Notes under the pieces: generated by a model
Database searches by the model: none
Seen by the model: only the letters and a program-made list of their open reading frames with translations
Told to the model about the DNA's origin: nothing
Program-made: the position numbers and the translations under genes
Origin: an uncultured Acidimicrobiales bacterium
GTDB taxonomy: Bacteria; Actinomycetota; Acidimicrobiia; Acidimicrobiales; SZUA-35
Assembly: GCA_963803845.1 (NCBI GenBank)
Contig: CAWDNZ010000005.1
Coordinates: 471,484 to 535,483 of the forward strand
DNA: 64,000 bases
Reading direction: 5' to 3'
Part shown: in pieces, positions 41,807 to 50,761 of the stretch
Layout of the letters: the number at the start of each line of letters is the position of its first letter
Position numbering within the stretch: position 1 is the first letter of the stretch

Positions 41807-42673
41807 GTGGCGGACACGCTCCCGGATGGTGATCGGCAGGCCGCTATCATCGCTGCCGCGGACCGGGCCCTCGCTCTCGCCGGCAACTGCGACGGCACCA
41901 CCAACCTCAAAGGCCTGCTACTCACCTCCGATGCCGAGCTTCTCAAAGAGGGGCTGACCCGGATCGCTGAGAAAGCCAAGGAACAGTTCCAGCGGGACCA
42001 ACAGAACACCCCCCAAACCCCTGAACCAGAAACGATCGAGGATGACCTGTCGGTGGATTATTCGATCAGCGAATACACCCTGCGCCCGGTCATCCGGCGG
42101 GGCACCCGGTATTGGATGGCCCGGGCGATGGGCATGATCGCCAACCTGGCCAACACCACCCAACCCGGCGCCGCTCCACCGGACCCGCTACTCGTTGTCC
42201 TCATGGATTTCGAAACCTTCGGTGCCGAGAAAGACCGGTGGGCCAGCGGGGAACCGAAACTCCCGCCCGATGTGGTGTTCCGGCCCGGCTACAGCTGCGA
42301 AACCATCGACGGGAAACAAATCACCCCCTATGAAGCGTTCCGAATAGCGTTAAATGGTCAAATAGCCCGCTGCGTCATCGACGCCGAATCACGAAAGGTC
42401 GATCTCGGTCGTTCTCAACGTCTATTCACCGGTCCCTCCCGTGAAGCGATCATCTACCGAGACCGATGTTGCACCGTTCCCGGTTGCGGTGCGCCCGCCC
42501 GCTGGGCTGAAGTCGACCACATCAAAGAATGGCAGGATGGCGGCAACACCGACACCATCAACGGCCACCTCCTCTGCAACCCTCACCACCACGCCAAAAC
42601 CCAAGCCGAACAAAACCGGCGAAACCAACTCCAAGCCGCCCAACGCACCCAAAACCAGATCGAGCCCTTCTAG
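41807..42673 (+). CDS. HNH endonuclease (DUF222 / REP13E12-like family), short form
   Basis: CCTVPGCGAPARWAEVDHIKEWQDGGNTDTINGHLLCNPHHHAKT is the HNH motif of actinobacterial DUF222 proteins. The gene has a GTG start and a locally AT-rich upstream junction. Confidence 0.75.
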   Translation: MADTLPDGDRQAAIIAAADRALALAGNCDGTTNLKGLLLTSDAELLKEGLTRIAEKAKEQFQRDQQNTPQTPEPETIEDDLSVDYSISEYTLRPVIRRGTRYWMARAMGMIANLANTTQPGAAPPDPLLVVLMDFETFGAEKDRWASGEPKLPPDVVFRPGYSCETIDGKQITPYEAFRIALNGQIARCVIDAESRKVDLGRSQRLFTGPSREAIIYRDRCCTVPGCGAPARWAEVDHIKEWQDGGNTDTINGHLLCNPHHHAKTQAEQNRRNQLQAAQRTQNQIEPF

Positions 42674-42707
42674 CTGGCTTGTTCAGGCCGGTCGTGCGTC
42701 AAGCTGT

Positions 42708-44792
42708 TCATGCACCGGCGGGGAGGGCCTTGGCCGCGGTGGCGAACATGACGACGACCGATCTGGGTCCGACCTCGTAGGTCGAGGCGGTGACCATCGG
42801 TGCCTCGGTCGGGAGCGTGATACCGATGGGTTGCGGTAGCGAGGTGTCCAGAACGCGGCGCCAACCTGAGGTGGCCCACGACGGGATTTCGGGGAGCTGG
42901 AACTCCAACGGCTCCCAGTAGGCGTTGAGGGCAAAATACATCATGGGATCGCCGGACAAGTTGGAAGCGGACACTGCGAGGCTCCGTGAGTGAAACGTGA
43001 GATCCGGTTCCCCGGGGGCGACACCGTGGATACGGACCTGTGCCCGCTCCACGAGTTCGGCCAGCGTGAGGTGATTCTCGGTCTGGACGGACTCTCTCAG
43101 AAACCGAATCTCGATCAGGAGACGAACGAAGCGGATCAGGTCGGCATGTTTCTCGACGGCATCCCAATCGAACCAGCTCAGCTCGTTGTCCTGGCAGTAA
43201 GCGTTGTTGTTCCCACGTTGGGTTCGGCGGATCTCGTCGCCCATCAGCAGCATCGGCGCACCCAGTGACAGGATTGTGATCGCAAGGAAGTTCCTGATTT
43301 GCAGGTTCCGCAGCGCTTCGATGGATGGATCGTCGGTGGGTCCTTCGATGCCGCAGTTCCAGCTGAGATTGTGGTCCGAGCCGTCGCGATTGTTCTCGAG
43401 GTTGCCCTCGTTGTGCTTGCGGTCGTAGGAGACCAGGTCGTTGAGCGTGAACCCGTCGTGGCTGGTCACGAAGTTGATACTGCGTTCCGGTTCCCGTGGC
43501 GTTTCGGAGTACAAGTCAGGGCTGCCCAACAGGCGATCGGCGAGCGCGGTGACCTTCCCCGGATCCCCGCGCACGAACGCCCGGATGTCGTCGCGGAAGT
43601 GGCCGTTCCACTCTTTCCAACTGTCGCCGACGAACGTCCCGACTTGGTAGAGACCGGCCGCATCCCAGGCCTCGGCGATCAGCTTGGTGCCCGCCAGCGC
43701 CGGGTCGGATTCGATGTCCCAGAGGATCGGTGGGTTGGGGAGGGGATCTCCGTTCTCGTCTCGCGAGAGGATGGAGGCGAGGTCGAACCTGAAGCCGTCG
43801 ACGTGCATTTCCTCGACCCAGTACCGCAGGCTCTCGAGGATCATGCGTCGTACGGTTGTCTGGTTGGCGTTGAGTGTGTTGCCCGTGCCCGAGTAGTTGG
43901 CATTGTCGCCGCCGTTCTCCAGGATGTAGTAGGCCGAGTTCTCGAGCCCGCGAAAGCTGATAGTTGGCCCGTCCGCGCCAGCTTCGGCGGTGTGGTTGTA
44001 GACCACGTCCAGGATGACCTCGATGCCAGCGCGATGGAGGGCCTTGACCATGTCACGGAACTCGTCCAAGACGCCGAGCGGATCGTCGACCGACGCATAG
44101 CCGCAGTGAGGGGCGAAGAACGATACGGGCGAGTAACCCCAGTAGTTGGTCAGGCCGGGGGGAGCGTGCTGTGAGTCGAATTGGAACACCGGCATCAGCT
44201 CAACCGCCGTGATCCCCAGGTTCTGCAGATACGGGATTTTCTCGATGACGCCGGCGTAGGTACCGCGCTTGCCCGGCGCCAACCCGCTGTTGGGATGGGC
44301 GGTGAAGCCTCTGACGTGCATCTCGTAGATCACCGTCTGTGCGAACGGGCGTCGAAGGCGCTCGTGACCCTCCCAGTCGTAGGAGCTCACGTCTGCGACC
44401 ACGCTCTTGAAGGCGAAGCGATCGTTGGGCCCGGGGCGAGTCGCTGCCGCTCGGCGATAGTCGCTTGGTACCGCCACCGCTCGACCATAGGGATCGATCA
44501 GCGTCTTGGTTCCGTCAAAGCGCAATCCTTGCGCTGGATCGAAAGGGCCCCGTGCTCGGTAGGCATAGAGCTGCCCGGGTTTCAGTCCCGGGACGAAGAC
44601 ATGCCAGTAGTGGTAGGTCCGATGGCGTTGCGGATCAAGTGTGATCAGCTCCTGCGGTTCAAGGTCGTCCACGTCGTCGTAGAGTGCCAACTGCACCGCT
44701 TCGGCGCTCCTGGAGAAGACGCTGAAATTGACCCCGTCGGGCTCCACCACCGATCCCAATGGATCGGAGCGACCCGGGCGGATCTCCGTCAT
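42708..44792 (-). CDS. glgX: glycogen debranching enzyme GlgX
   Basis: N terminus PGRSDPLGSVVEPDGVNFSVFS, and GH13 motifs DVVYNHT, GFRFDLAS, EAWD and FVTSHDGFTLND. ATG 44792 was chosen over the longer ORF (44876). Confidence 0.9.
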   Translation of the reverse strand: MTEIRPGRSDPLGSVVEPDGVNFSVFSRSAEAVQLALYDDVDDLEPQELITLDPQRHRTYHYWHVFVPGLKPGQLYAYRARGPFDPAQGLRFDGTKTLIDPYGRAVAVPSDYRRAAATRPGPNDRFAFKSVVADVSSYDWEGHERLRRPFAQTVIYEMHVRGFTAHPNSGLAPGKRGTYAGVIEKIPYLQNLGITAVELMPVFQFDSQHAPPGLTNYWGYSPVSFFAPHCGYASVDDPLGVLDEFRDMVKALHRAGIEVILDVVYNHTAEAGADGPTISFRGLENSAYYILENGGDNANYSGTGNTLNANQTTVRRMILESLRYWVEEMHVDGFRFDLASILSRDENGDPLPNPPILWDIESDPALAGTKLIAEAWDAAGLYQVGTFVGDSWKEWNGHFRDDIRAFVRGDPGKVTALADRLLGSPDLYSETPREPERSINFVTSHDGFTLNDLVSYDRKHNEGNLENNRDGSDHNLSWNCGIEGPTDDPSIEALRNLQIRNFLAITILSLGAPMLLMGDEIRRTQRGNNNAYCQDNELSWFDWDAVEKHADLIRFVRLLIEIRFLRESVQTENHLTLAELVERAQVRIHGVAPGEPDLTFHSRSLAVSASNLSGDPMMYFALNAYWEPLEFQLPEIPSWATSGWRRVLDTSLPQPIGITLPTEAPMVTASTYEVGPRSVVVMFATAAKALPAGA

Positions 44793-45025
44793 GGCCGGCC
44801 ACATGCCGCAACACCGCTCGAACAGCGCGAACACCCCGGCCGCAATCCGGACGAATTCGCAGGAGGTCTTGGACACCTATATGCCCGCATCCACCCAGGA
44901 TAGGCGTTCCGACGAGGGAGCCCCGATTCTGGTCAGAGCTTGGCGTGCCGACGCTCTCGAGCCGATCAGGCCTTGGCCGACGCCACAGCCCGGTGGGCGG
45001 GCGCTGCCGGATACGAATTTCGTGT

Positions 45026-45856
45026 TTAGGCGGGTGCAGGGGCCATGACCTGGGCGAGTATGTCGTCGAGCACCTCCTGCCCAGGGCCGGGGATGATTGA
45101 CCGGGCGGCTAGGTCTCTGGCGGTGTCGAAGGCTCGCTTGATGCCATCGCCGGTCAAAACGGGACCATGCGCCGTGGCGACGGTAAGGACGCCCATCGCC
45201 TCGATGTCATCGACGTGGCGCCGATAGACAACCGGGTCGAGCCAGGCATGCCATGGAGACACGAGGCTCTGCATCGAGAGCATCTGGTCTTCGACGAAGT
45301 CTCGGTCGAGACGGTGCACGTCATAGACGGCGTCGGTCTCGGGAACCATGGAGACGAAGCTGTCGACGGCCCACATAAAAGCTGTCTTGGAGTCGTAGAT
45401 TCCGCGTGTGGTAGGTCCATCGAAAATCGGGGGCTTGAACAAATGAAGTGTTCGGTCGCCTGCGTCGAATTGGCCACCCGGCTCAATCCAGCGCATCCGA
45501 TGCAGTGGCAGCTCTGGCTTCTCCAACGCAAGTCGTTCGACGCTGAAGAAGTTCGTTACAAGCGTCGCGTTGGGACACATCGCCAGAGCGTCGATCAGCC
45601 CGCCAGCGTGATCACCATCGTCGTGGGACAGAAAGATCCAACGGACTTCAGCCGGATCGACAATCGAGAAGACTTTCTCGATCCAGGAGTCGTGGTGCAA
45701 TGGTGCGCCAGTGTCGACGATGATCGGCTCGGCGCCCCGGATAACCGCCGAGTTCACCGGCAGCAGCAGGTCTGGTCCTCCCGGCGCAAAGTTGGGAATT
45801 AGAAAGGTGTCGGGAGCAATCTCTCGTGGTTCGCTCCAGGGAATATCTGGTCCCAT
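45026..45856 (-). CDS. MBL-fold metallo-hydrolase family protein (flavodiiron/ODP-like beta-lactamase domain)
   Basis: IFLSHDDGDHAGG sits at the HxHxDH position, and the alpha-beta/beta-alpha length is about 270 aa. Confidence 0.6.
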   Translation of the reverse strand: MGPDIPWSEPREIAPDTFLIPNFAPGGPDLLLPVNSAVIRGAEPIIVDTGAPLHHDSWIEKVFSIVDPAEVRWIFLSHDDGDHAGGLIDALAMCPNATLVTNFFSVERLALEKPELPLHRMRWIEPGGQFDAGDRTLHLFKPPIFDGPTTRGIYDSKTAFMWAVDSFVSMVPETDAVYDVHRLDRDFVEDQMLSMQSLVSPWHAWLDPVVYRRHVDDIEAMGVLTVATAHGPVLTGDGIKRAFDTARDLAARSIIPGPGQEVLDDILAQVMAPAPA

Positions 45857-46014
45857 CGTGGATCTCCTTTTGATCGATGGAGTTGGCTATGTCAACCACG
45901 CTGACGGTTGGTAGCCCCAGCCGCCATCCCGAGAACGGGCGGAACCAATGCGCCAGAACTCCCCCGTTTGAGGGGGGGGTATACACCCTAGGTACGTTGG
46001 AGTATTTTTCAATT

Positions 46015-47166
46015 ATGAGGGCCACCATGACACCAGATCGGGTGCGTGACTCGGTCGAAGGAGCGTGTCGCGCCTTAACTACCTCTGACGAGCTGTTGGC
46101 CGAGGTCTCCGACATCGTTCATCGCGCAATTCCCCACGAAGGCGCAGTTTGGTTCGGCGTCGACCCGTTGACACTTCTCGGAACCGCTCCCAGCCGAGTT
46201 GAGAGGCTCGATTCCGGCCTGTGCGACACGTTTTGGCATTTGGAGTTCCACGAACAGGACGTCTGCCTGTTCGCCGATCTGGCTCACGGAGACGGCGCCG
46301 GTGCGATGCGGCACAGCCTGGACAACATGGTGGGCCGCAGTCCTCGGTATCGCGATTTCCTGCAACCGCAGGGCTACCAGGACGAGCTGCGCGGCGTGTT
46401 TCGATCGGGCGAAAGTACTTGGGGGATGGTCGGCCTTTATCGAGAGAGCGCAAGCCAGCCGTTCTCCGCCGATGACGTTTCCGTTCTCAAAGCGGTGAGC
46501 CGACCGATCGGCGACGCCCTGCGCACCTACGTTCGTCAGTCAGCCCCCTGGCTCGGTCCCCCGGCAGCGCCAGGTCTGCTGATCGTCAACCCCGCTGGAC
46601 ACATCATCGCCAGCAATAATGAGGCCATGAGCTGGTTGCGAGAGCTCTGGCCGTGCGTGGAAAGCACCGAAGCCGAACTCGATCCGAGTGATCTTTTTTC
46701 TTTGCGGAATGAGGAGTTGCAGGTGCCGACGGCTCTGTATGCGCTCATTTCGCGTTCGCGAGCTTTCGCGGCGGGTCGGGAACGAGTGCCGGCTCGCCTC
46801 CGCTTACGCGATGCTCGTGACCGCTGGCTTGTTATGCACGCGTCGACGCTTGCCAAAGCCGAGGCGGATGCCACCGAGGACGTGGCGATCGTGATCGAGG
46901 CGGCAAAGAGTGCCGAGATCGCCCCAATAATCATCGAGGCGTATTCGCTCACCCGCCGTGAGCGCGACGTGGTCGCAGCTATCGCACAGGGTGGTTCGAC
47001 GACCGAGATGGCGTCCAAGCTCTTCTTGTCGCCTCACACCGTTCGAGATCACATCAAAACGGTTTTCGAGAAGGTCGGCGTCTCGAGTCGGGGTGAGCTG
47101 GTGGCCAAGTTGTTCGGCGAGCACTACGCCGATCCGCTTCACGCAAGCATGGTCCACGTCGACTGA
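46015..47166 (+). CDS. LuxR-family transcriptional regulator with an uncharacterised N-terminal sensor domain
   Basis: C-terminal HTH LTRRERDVVAAIAQGGSTTEMASKLFLSPHTVRDHIKTVFEKVGV. The start is uncertain (the ORF opens at 45877). Confidence 0.8.
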   Translation: MRATMTPDRVRDSVEGACRALTTSDELLAEVSDIVHRAIPHEGAVWFGVDPLTLLGTAPSRVERLDSGLCDTFWHLEFHEQDVCLFADLAHGDGAGAMRHSLDNMVGRSPRYRDFLQPQGYQDELRGVFRSGESTWGMVGLYRESASQPFSADDVSVLKAVSRPIGDALRTYVRQSAPWLGPPAAPGLLIVNPAGHIIASNNEAMSWLRELWPCVESTEAELDPSDLFSLRNEELQVPTALYALISRSRAFAAGRERVPARLRLRDARDRWLVMHASTLAKAEADATEDVAIVIEAAKSAEIAPIIIEAYSLTRRERDVVAAIAQGGSTTEMASKLFLSPHTVRDHIKTVFEKVGVSSRGELVAKLFGEHYADPLHASMVHVD

Positions 47167-47188
47167 CAGCTCTCGATATCGGTACCCG

Positions 47189-48736
47189 CTAGCTGATCTC
47201 CACGTGGATCGGTGACGCGATCACGGGTGACCGCCGTCGGCGACGGCTGCCTGGGCACGTGGCGATCCCATCGAGGTACTGGTTGATGGCTCGGTTCTGA
47301 AGGAACCGGGTGAGGGGTGGGCACACATGGTTGGCGACGGTCGCTGGTCGCCAGACTGCGGTGACTGTGACGTTCACGCTGCCGTCGTCATGGCAAATGA
47401 CGACGAAGGACTCTTCTCCGTCTTCGGGGTGGTGGGCGAGCGTGGCGTAGGTGAAGCCGTACTGGTTGGGTTCATCCACGACGTCAACGATGCGGCATGT
47501 GGCGCTGATTGAAATCGGCCCGACCGGGATTGCGAGCGCCAGTGTTTCACCCGTGCGGATCAGTGGCCGGGCTGGAGCTCGCTTGATGCCTGCTTCTTCG
47601 TGACCTCGCCACTGCCGGATCGCCTCGGCGGCGTCGGCGAAGCTGCCATGTTCGATTCTGCGGTGCCAGGTCTTGCGCCTGAAACCGGCTGGTGTTTGCC
47701 GGTCGAGAAGGCCTTCGGGACTCGTCGTTTCGTCGTCGGCGGCACGTTCGGCAAGACGTTCCAGCGCCTCGGCCGATGGCCGTCCCAGGTGCATGTTTGT
47801 TGTGCCGGCTTCGGCCCGCTTGGGTGAGTCGATCAGGTTGAGTCCGAGAAGGCCTACTAGCCCGAACCCGAGGGCGTTGAGTGAACCGTGTGTTGCTGCC
47901 ATGGACTCGAGCCCCAGGAAGGCCCACCCGAAGTGGATCGACCACGCCCAGCCGAGGGCCAGGCTCATTCCCGCCATCAGTGCGACGCCGGCGGTTCCGA
48001 TAAGAATCCCGACCGGCCTTCTCTGGCCGTAGGTGAGTTGTAGAAGTTGTCCTGCGGTGGCAATCCCGGCCAGTGCCATCGCGGTGGCGGAGAACCATTC
48101 GATCGAACCACCGGCGGTGATGCCGATCGCCGTGAGGGGAACGCCGAAGATGACCGCGGCGGGCACGAGGACGGAACGGTCGAGACGGCTGGCGGTGAAC
48201 CCGGCAACGATCGGGAGCGCAAACCCGGCGTAGTGGAAATGAACCGCGGTTAACTGGACGATGGCGTCGCTGAATCCCAGGGGATTCAATCCGGCACGGC
48301 TGATGGTCAACCAGGCGCCGCCAACCGCTACAAACACGAGGCCAGCGTCTGCGCCGATTCCCGGGTCCAGGAGGGTTCGGCGAGAGAGCAGGCGACCGAC
48401 TCCCACCAGAGCGACCGCCGCAGTGAAGACGAGCCACGGAATCGTGAGCAGCGCAGCGACCAAACCTGGATTGGGAACGAAGCTTGCCGCTGCGGTTGTG
48501 GCAATGGCCGGTGCAAGCGGGGCGAGGGTGTGAAGGATCGGCGCTTGAGGCCCGGTATCTGATCTGGCGGCCAATCGGAGCCCGAGGGGGAGCAGCACAA
48601 ACGGCGAAAGAAGTAGTAGCACCGCAGTCCACTCCGGCCGAACCACCACGGCCCAGATCATCCAGACCGCTCCGCCAATTACCGCACTCGATGGTGTGTC
48701 TATCCATTTGTTTGCTTTTCGCATAGTCGTTATCAT
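47189..48736 (-). CDS. polytopic membrane protein (YndJ-like) fused to a C-terminal DUF1990 domain
   Basis: About 330 aa of hydrophobic helices, then a soluble domain with WRGHEEAGI...CRIVDVVDEPNQYGFTYATLAHHPEDGEESF, which resembles DUF1990. Confidence 0.55.
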   Translation of the reverse strand: MITTMRKANKWIDTPSSAVIGGAVWMIWAVVVRPEWTAVLLLLSPFVLLPLGLRLAARSDTGPQAPILHTLAPLAPAIATTAAASFVPNPGLVAALLTIPWLVFTAAVALVGVGRLLSRRTLLDPGIGADAGLVFVAVGGAWLTISRAGLNPLGFSDAIVQLTAVHFHYAGFALPIVAGFTASRLDRSVLVPAAVIFGVPLTAIGITAGGSIEWFSATAMALAGIATAGQLLQLTYGQRRPVGILIGTAGVALMAGMSLALGWAWSIHFGWAFLGLESMAATHGSLNALGFGLVGLLGLNLIDSPKRAEAGTTNMHLGRPSAEALERLAERAADDETTSPEGLLDRQTPAGFRRKTWHRRIEHGSFADAAEAIRQWRGHEEAGIKRAPARPLIRTGETLALAIPVGPISISATCRIVDVVDEPNQYGFTYATLAHHPEDGEESFVVICHDDGSVNVTVTAVWRPATVANHVCPPLTRFLQNRAINQYLDGIATCPGSRRRRRSPVIASPIHVEIS

Positions 48737-48743
48737 ATACTAC

Positions 48744-48759
48744 GCTAGTGATTACTAGC
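48744..48759. promoter_or_regulatory. inverted repeat GCTAGT-N4-ACTAGC in the AT-rich divergent region (MerR-type operator candidate)
   Basis: Read directly. It lies between the YndJ-DUF1990 start (48736) and the merR-like gene. Confidence 0.35.
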
Positions 48760-48833
48760 AAGGTTGAGAATCCAATATGAGGCAAACGGCGCAGAAGCAG
48801 GAGGGCGACGCCTCATTCGACGAGGAGGCGGAC

Positions 48834-49550
48834 ATGACGATCGACCAGATCGCCCAGCACGCTGGACTCCCGGCATCAACAGTTCGCCTCTATCAAAACA
48901 AGGGCTTGCTCCCGCCGCCCGAGCGGCGTGGCCGAGTGGGCTACTACGGCGCGGGACATCGGGATCGTCTTCGGCTGATTGCCCACTTGCAGGGACGTGG
49001 CTTCTCCCTGGCTGCCATCAAAGAAGCGCTGGACTCGTGGAACGCAGGTCGTTCGCTTGATCATTTGCTCGGGGTCAGCGACATCGCGCCATCGCTGGGG
49101 CGTGAGCCGCTGCGAATGTCTCCTCTTGAACTGGCACAGCGATTCGAGGGCGTGGGCCTCACCCAGGCTGACATCCAACGTGCGGTCGAAGTCGGGCTCG
49201 TCGAACTCGACGGCACCGAGGTCGTGATCTCCAACGAAGCCTTCGCCGACATCGGCCCGGCGGTTGCCAGGCTCGGCGTTCCCGTGTCGGAGATCCTCGA
49301 TGAGTACGAGGCTCTGCGCCTGGCCGTGGGCGAGATCTCAGATCGCTTCCGAGCGGTGTTTGAGCGACATCTCTGGAGCCCGTTTGTTGACCGCGGCATG
49401 CCGACGGATGAGATTCCCTCTCTCACCGGCGACGTGGGTCAGCTCACCGAACTCGCAACGAGCGTCGTCACCACTGAGCTGCACGACCGCTTCGCAGCGT
49501 TCGCTGCCGAGTATCTGGCTCGAGCGGAGGGCATCAGTAGGCGGGGTTGA
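48834..49550 (+). CDS. MerR-family transcriptional regulator
   Basis: MTIDQIAQHAGLPASTVRLYQNKGLLPPPERRGRVGYYGAGHRDRLRLI is the MerR HTH. An alternative upstream ATG is at 48777. Confidence 0.85.
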   Translation: MTIDQIAQHAGLPASTVRLYQNKGLLPPPERRGRVGYYGAGHRDRLRLIAHLQGRGFSLAAIKEALDSWNAGRSLDHLLGVSDIAPSLGREPLRMSPLELAQRFEGVGLTQADIQRAVEVGLVELDGTEVVISNEAFADIGPAVARLGVPVSEILDEYEALRLAVGEISDRFRAVFERHLWSPFVDRGMPTDEIPSLTGDVGQLTELATSVVTTELHDRFAAFAAEYLARAEGISRRG

Positions 49551-49761
49551 GGCTCGTCGATCTCGCCGACCACTACAGCGAGCATTGCTCGTTCCGCTTA
49601 GCTCAGCCATGGAGCTTTTCCGATGAGAATTGTTATTGGGATGCCTGCTGAACTGGTGTTTCGCGCTGTTATCTCATTGTAATGCGTTGTCTGAGTGCTG
49701 TGAGACTCGGTCTTCATGATGGCAATTGTTCACGGCACCCCGCCATGACGAAAGGACCATC

Positions 49762-50616
49762 ATGCGACAACTTCCAGCACTCATCGTTGCCATCGCTCTG
49801 GCGGCAACAGCCTGTTCTAACGATACCGATACTGCGACTGAGGTTGAGTCGCCAACGACCACAGAGGCGTCTGCGGCTCCGGTTACAGAGCCGGTCGCTC
49901 TGGTCGCCGAGACCGAGCCCGCCAGCGGCGAGACCGGCGATGACATCATCAACATCGAGACCGAGGTTGACTTCGAAAGCGAACCGCCGGGAGGCACGTT
50001 TGTTGTCGACCAAGGTGCCGACCAGTTGGGTTGCCGCTCTGGGTCGGTGGTGGAAAAGGCAGGCCAGCCAAGGATCACCAACACGTTCACGTGTGAGGAC
50101 GGAGATCGAGAGGGGACCTTCACGTTCATGTGGATGGTCGTCGAGGGATCCGAAGGACCGGGTGATTTCAACGGGCCATGGAGTGTCTTGGATGCCACCG
50201 GTGATTTCGCCGGCCTGACCGGAGAAGGCTTGTGGTCTGGGGTCGTTGAGGAGGAAACGGGCTTTGGTAGCTTCCCTGGTGCGGTCGAGTTCGGACCTGT
50301 TCGAGTCACCACTGGAGCCGACCCGGTGCTTATCGCTGACCTCACTACCTATGTGGAGGCGTTTGGGACGGGCGACGCGGACCTGGCATGGAGTATGGTC
50401 TCCGCCCGATGCCTGGGCATCGTCCCCGAGACCGAGTATCGCAACGCGGTCGCGGCCATAGCTGGCGAGGAGCCCGGGCTCACGGCGTCAAACATCAGCG
50501 CCATCGTCTACGGCGACACGGCTGCTGTCAGCTACGACACATCAGCGGATTGGGCCCCGTATGTCGCTCAGCCGTGGTCGTTCACCGATGGGAAATGGCA
50601 CTGGGACAGCTGCTGA
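49762..50616 (+). CDS. hypothetical secreted lipoprotein
   Basis: Lipobox IALAATAC|SND, an acidic Thr/Glu-rich linker, and two Cys-containing globular parts. Confidence 0.55.
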   Translation: MRQLPALIVAIALAATACSNDTDTATEVESPTTTEASAAPVTEPVALVAETEPASGETGDDIINIETEVDFESEPPGGTFVVDQGADQLGCRSGSVVEKAGQPRITNTFTCEDGDREGTFTFMWMVVEGSEGPGDFNGPWSVLDATGDFAGLTGEGLWSGVVEEETGFGSFPGAVEFGPVRVTTGADPVLIADLTTYVEAFGTGDADLAWSMVSARCLGIVPETEYRNAVAAIAGEEPGLTASNISAIVYGDTAAVSYDTSADWAPYVAQPWSFTDGKWHWDSC

Positions 50617-50715
50617 CAATCATCTGTGGTCTCTATGTGCCTGCTCTCGGCGTTGCTCTCAACACAGAGAATCGGTCCGAGTGCCGTAGTGGCGCTCGGA
50701 CTGTAGGCGTCGTGT

Positions 50716-50745
50716 GGAGAGTACGGGGGATTGAACCCCGGTATT
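50716..50745 (-). other. tRNA 3'-end fragment (T arm plus acceptor 3' strand), not a complete tRNA
   Basis: The minus strand reads CGGGG-TTCAATC-CCCCG-TACTCTC-C: a perfect 5-bp T stem, a canonical T loop, and 7 nt plus a discriminator. There is no complementary 5' acceptor strand and no credible anticodon or D arm upstream. Confidence 0.5.
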
Positions 50746-50761
50746 CAGCTTGAGTCGCTAG

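Noticed and set aside
47547-48785. 412-aa Arg-rich ORF overlapping the YndJ-DUF1990 gene in another frame
   Set aside because: Its extreme Arg/Pro/Ser content is typical of an off-frame translation of a membrane-protein gene.
49598-49616. tRNA D-arm-like sequence TTAGCTCAGCCATGGAGC in the MerR-lipoprotein spacer
   Set aside because: No acceptor stem, anticodon arm or T arm can be built around it. It is on the opposite strand from the tRNA fragment at 50716-50745 and not complementary to it. Probably a chance match containing a CCATGG palindrome.
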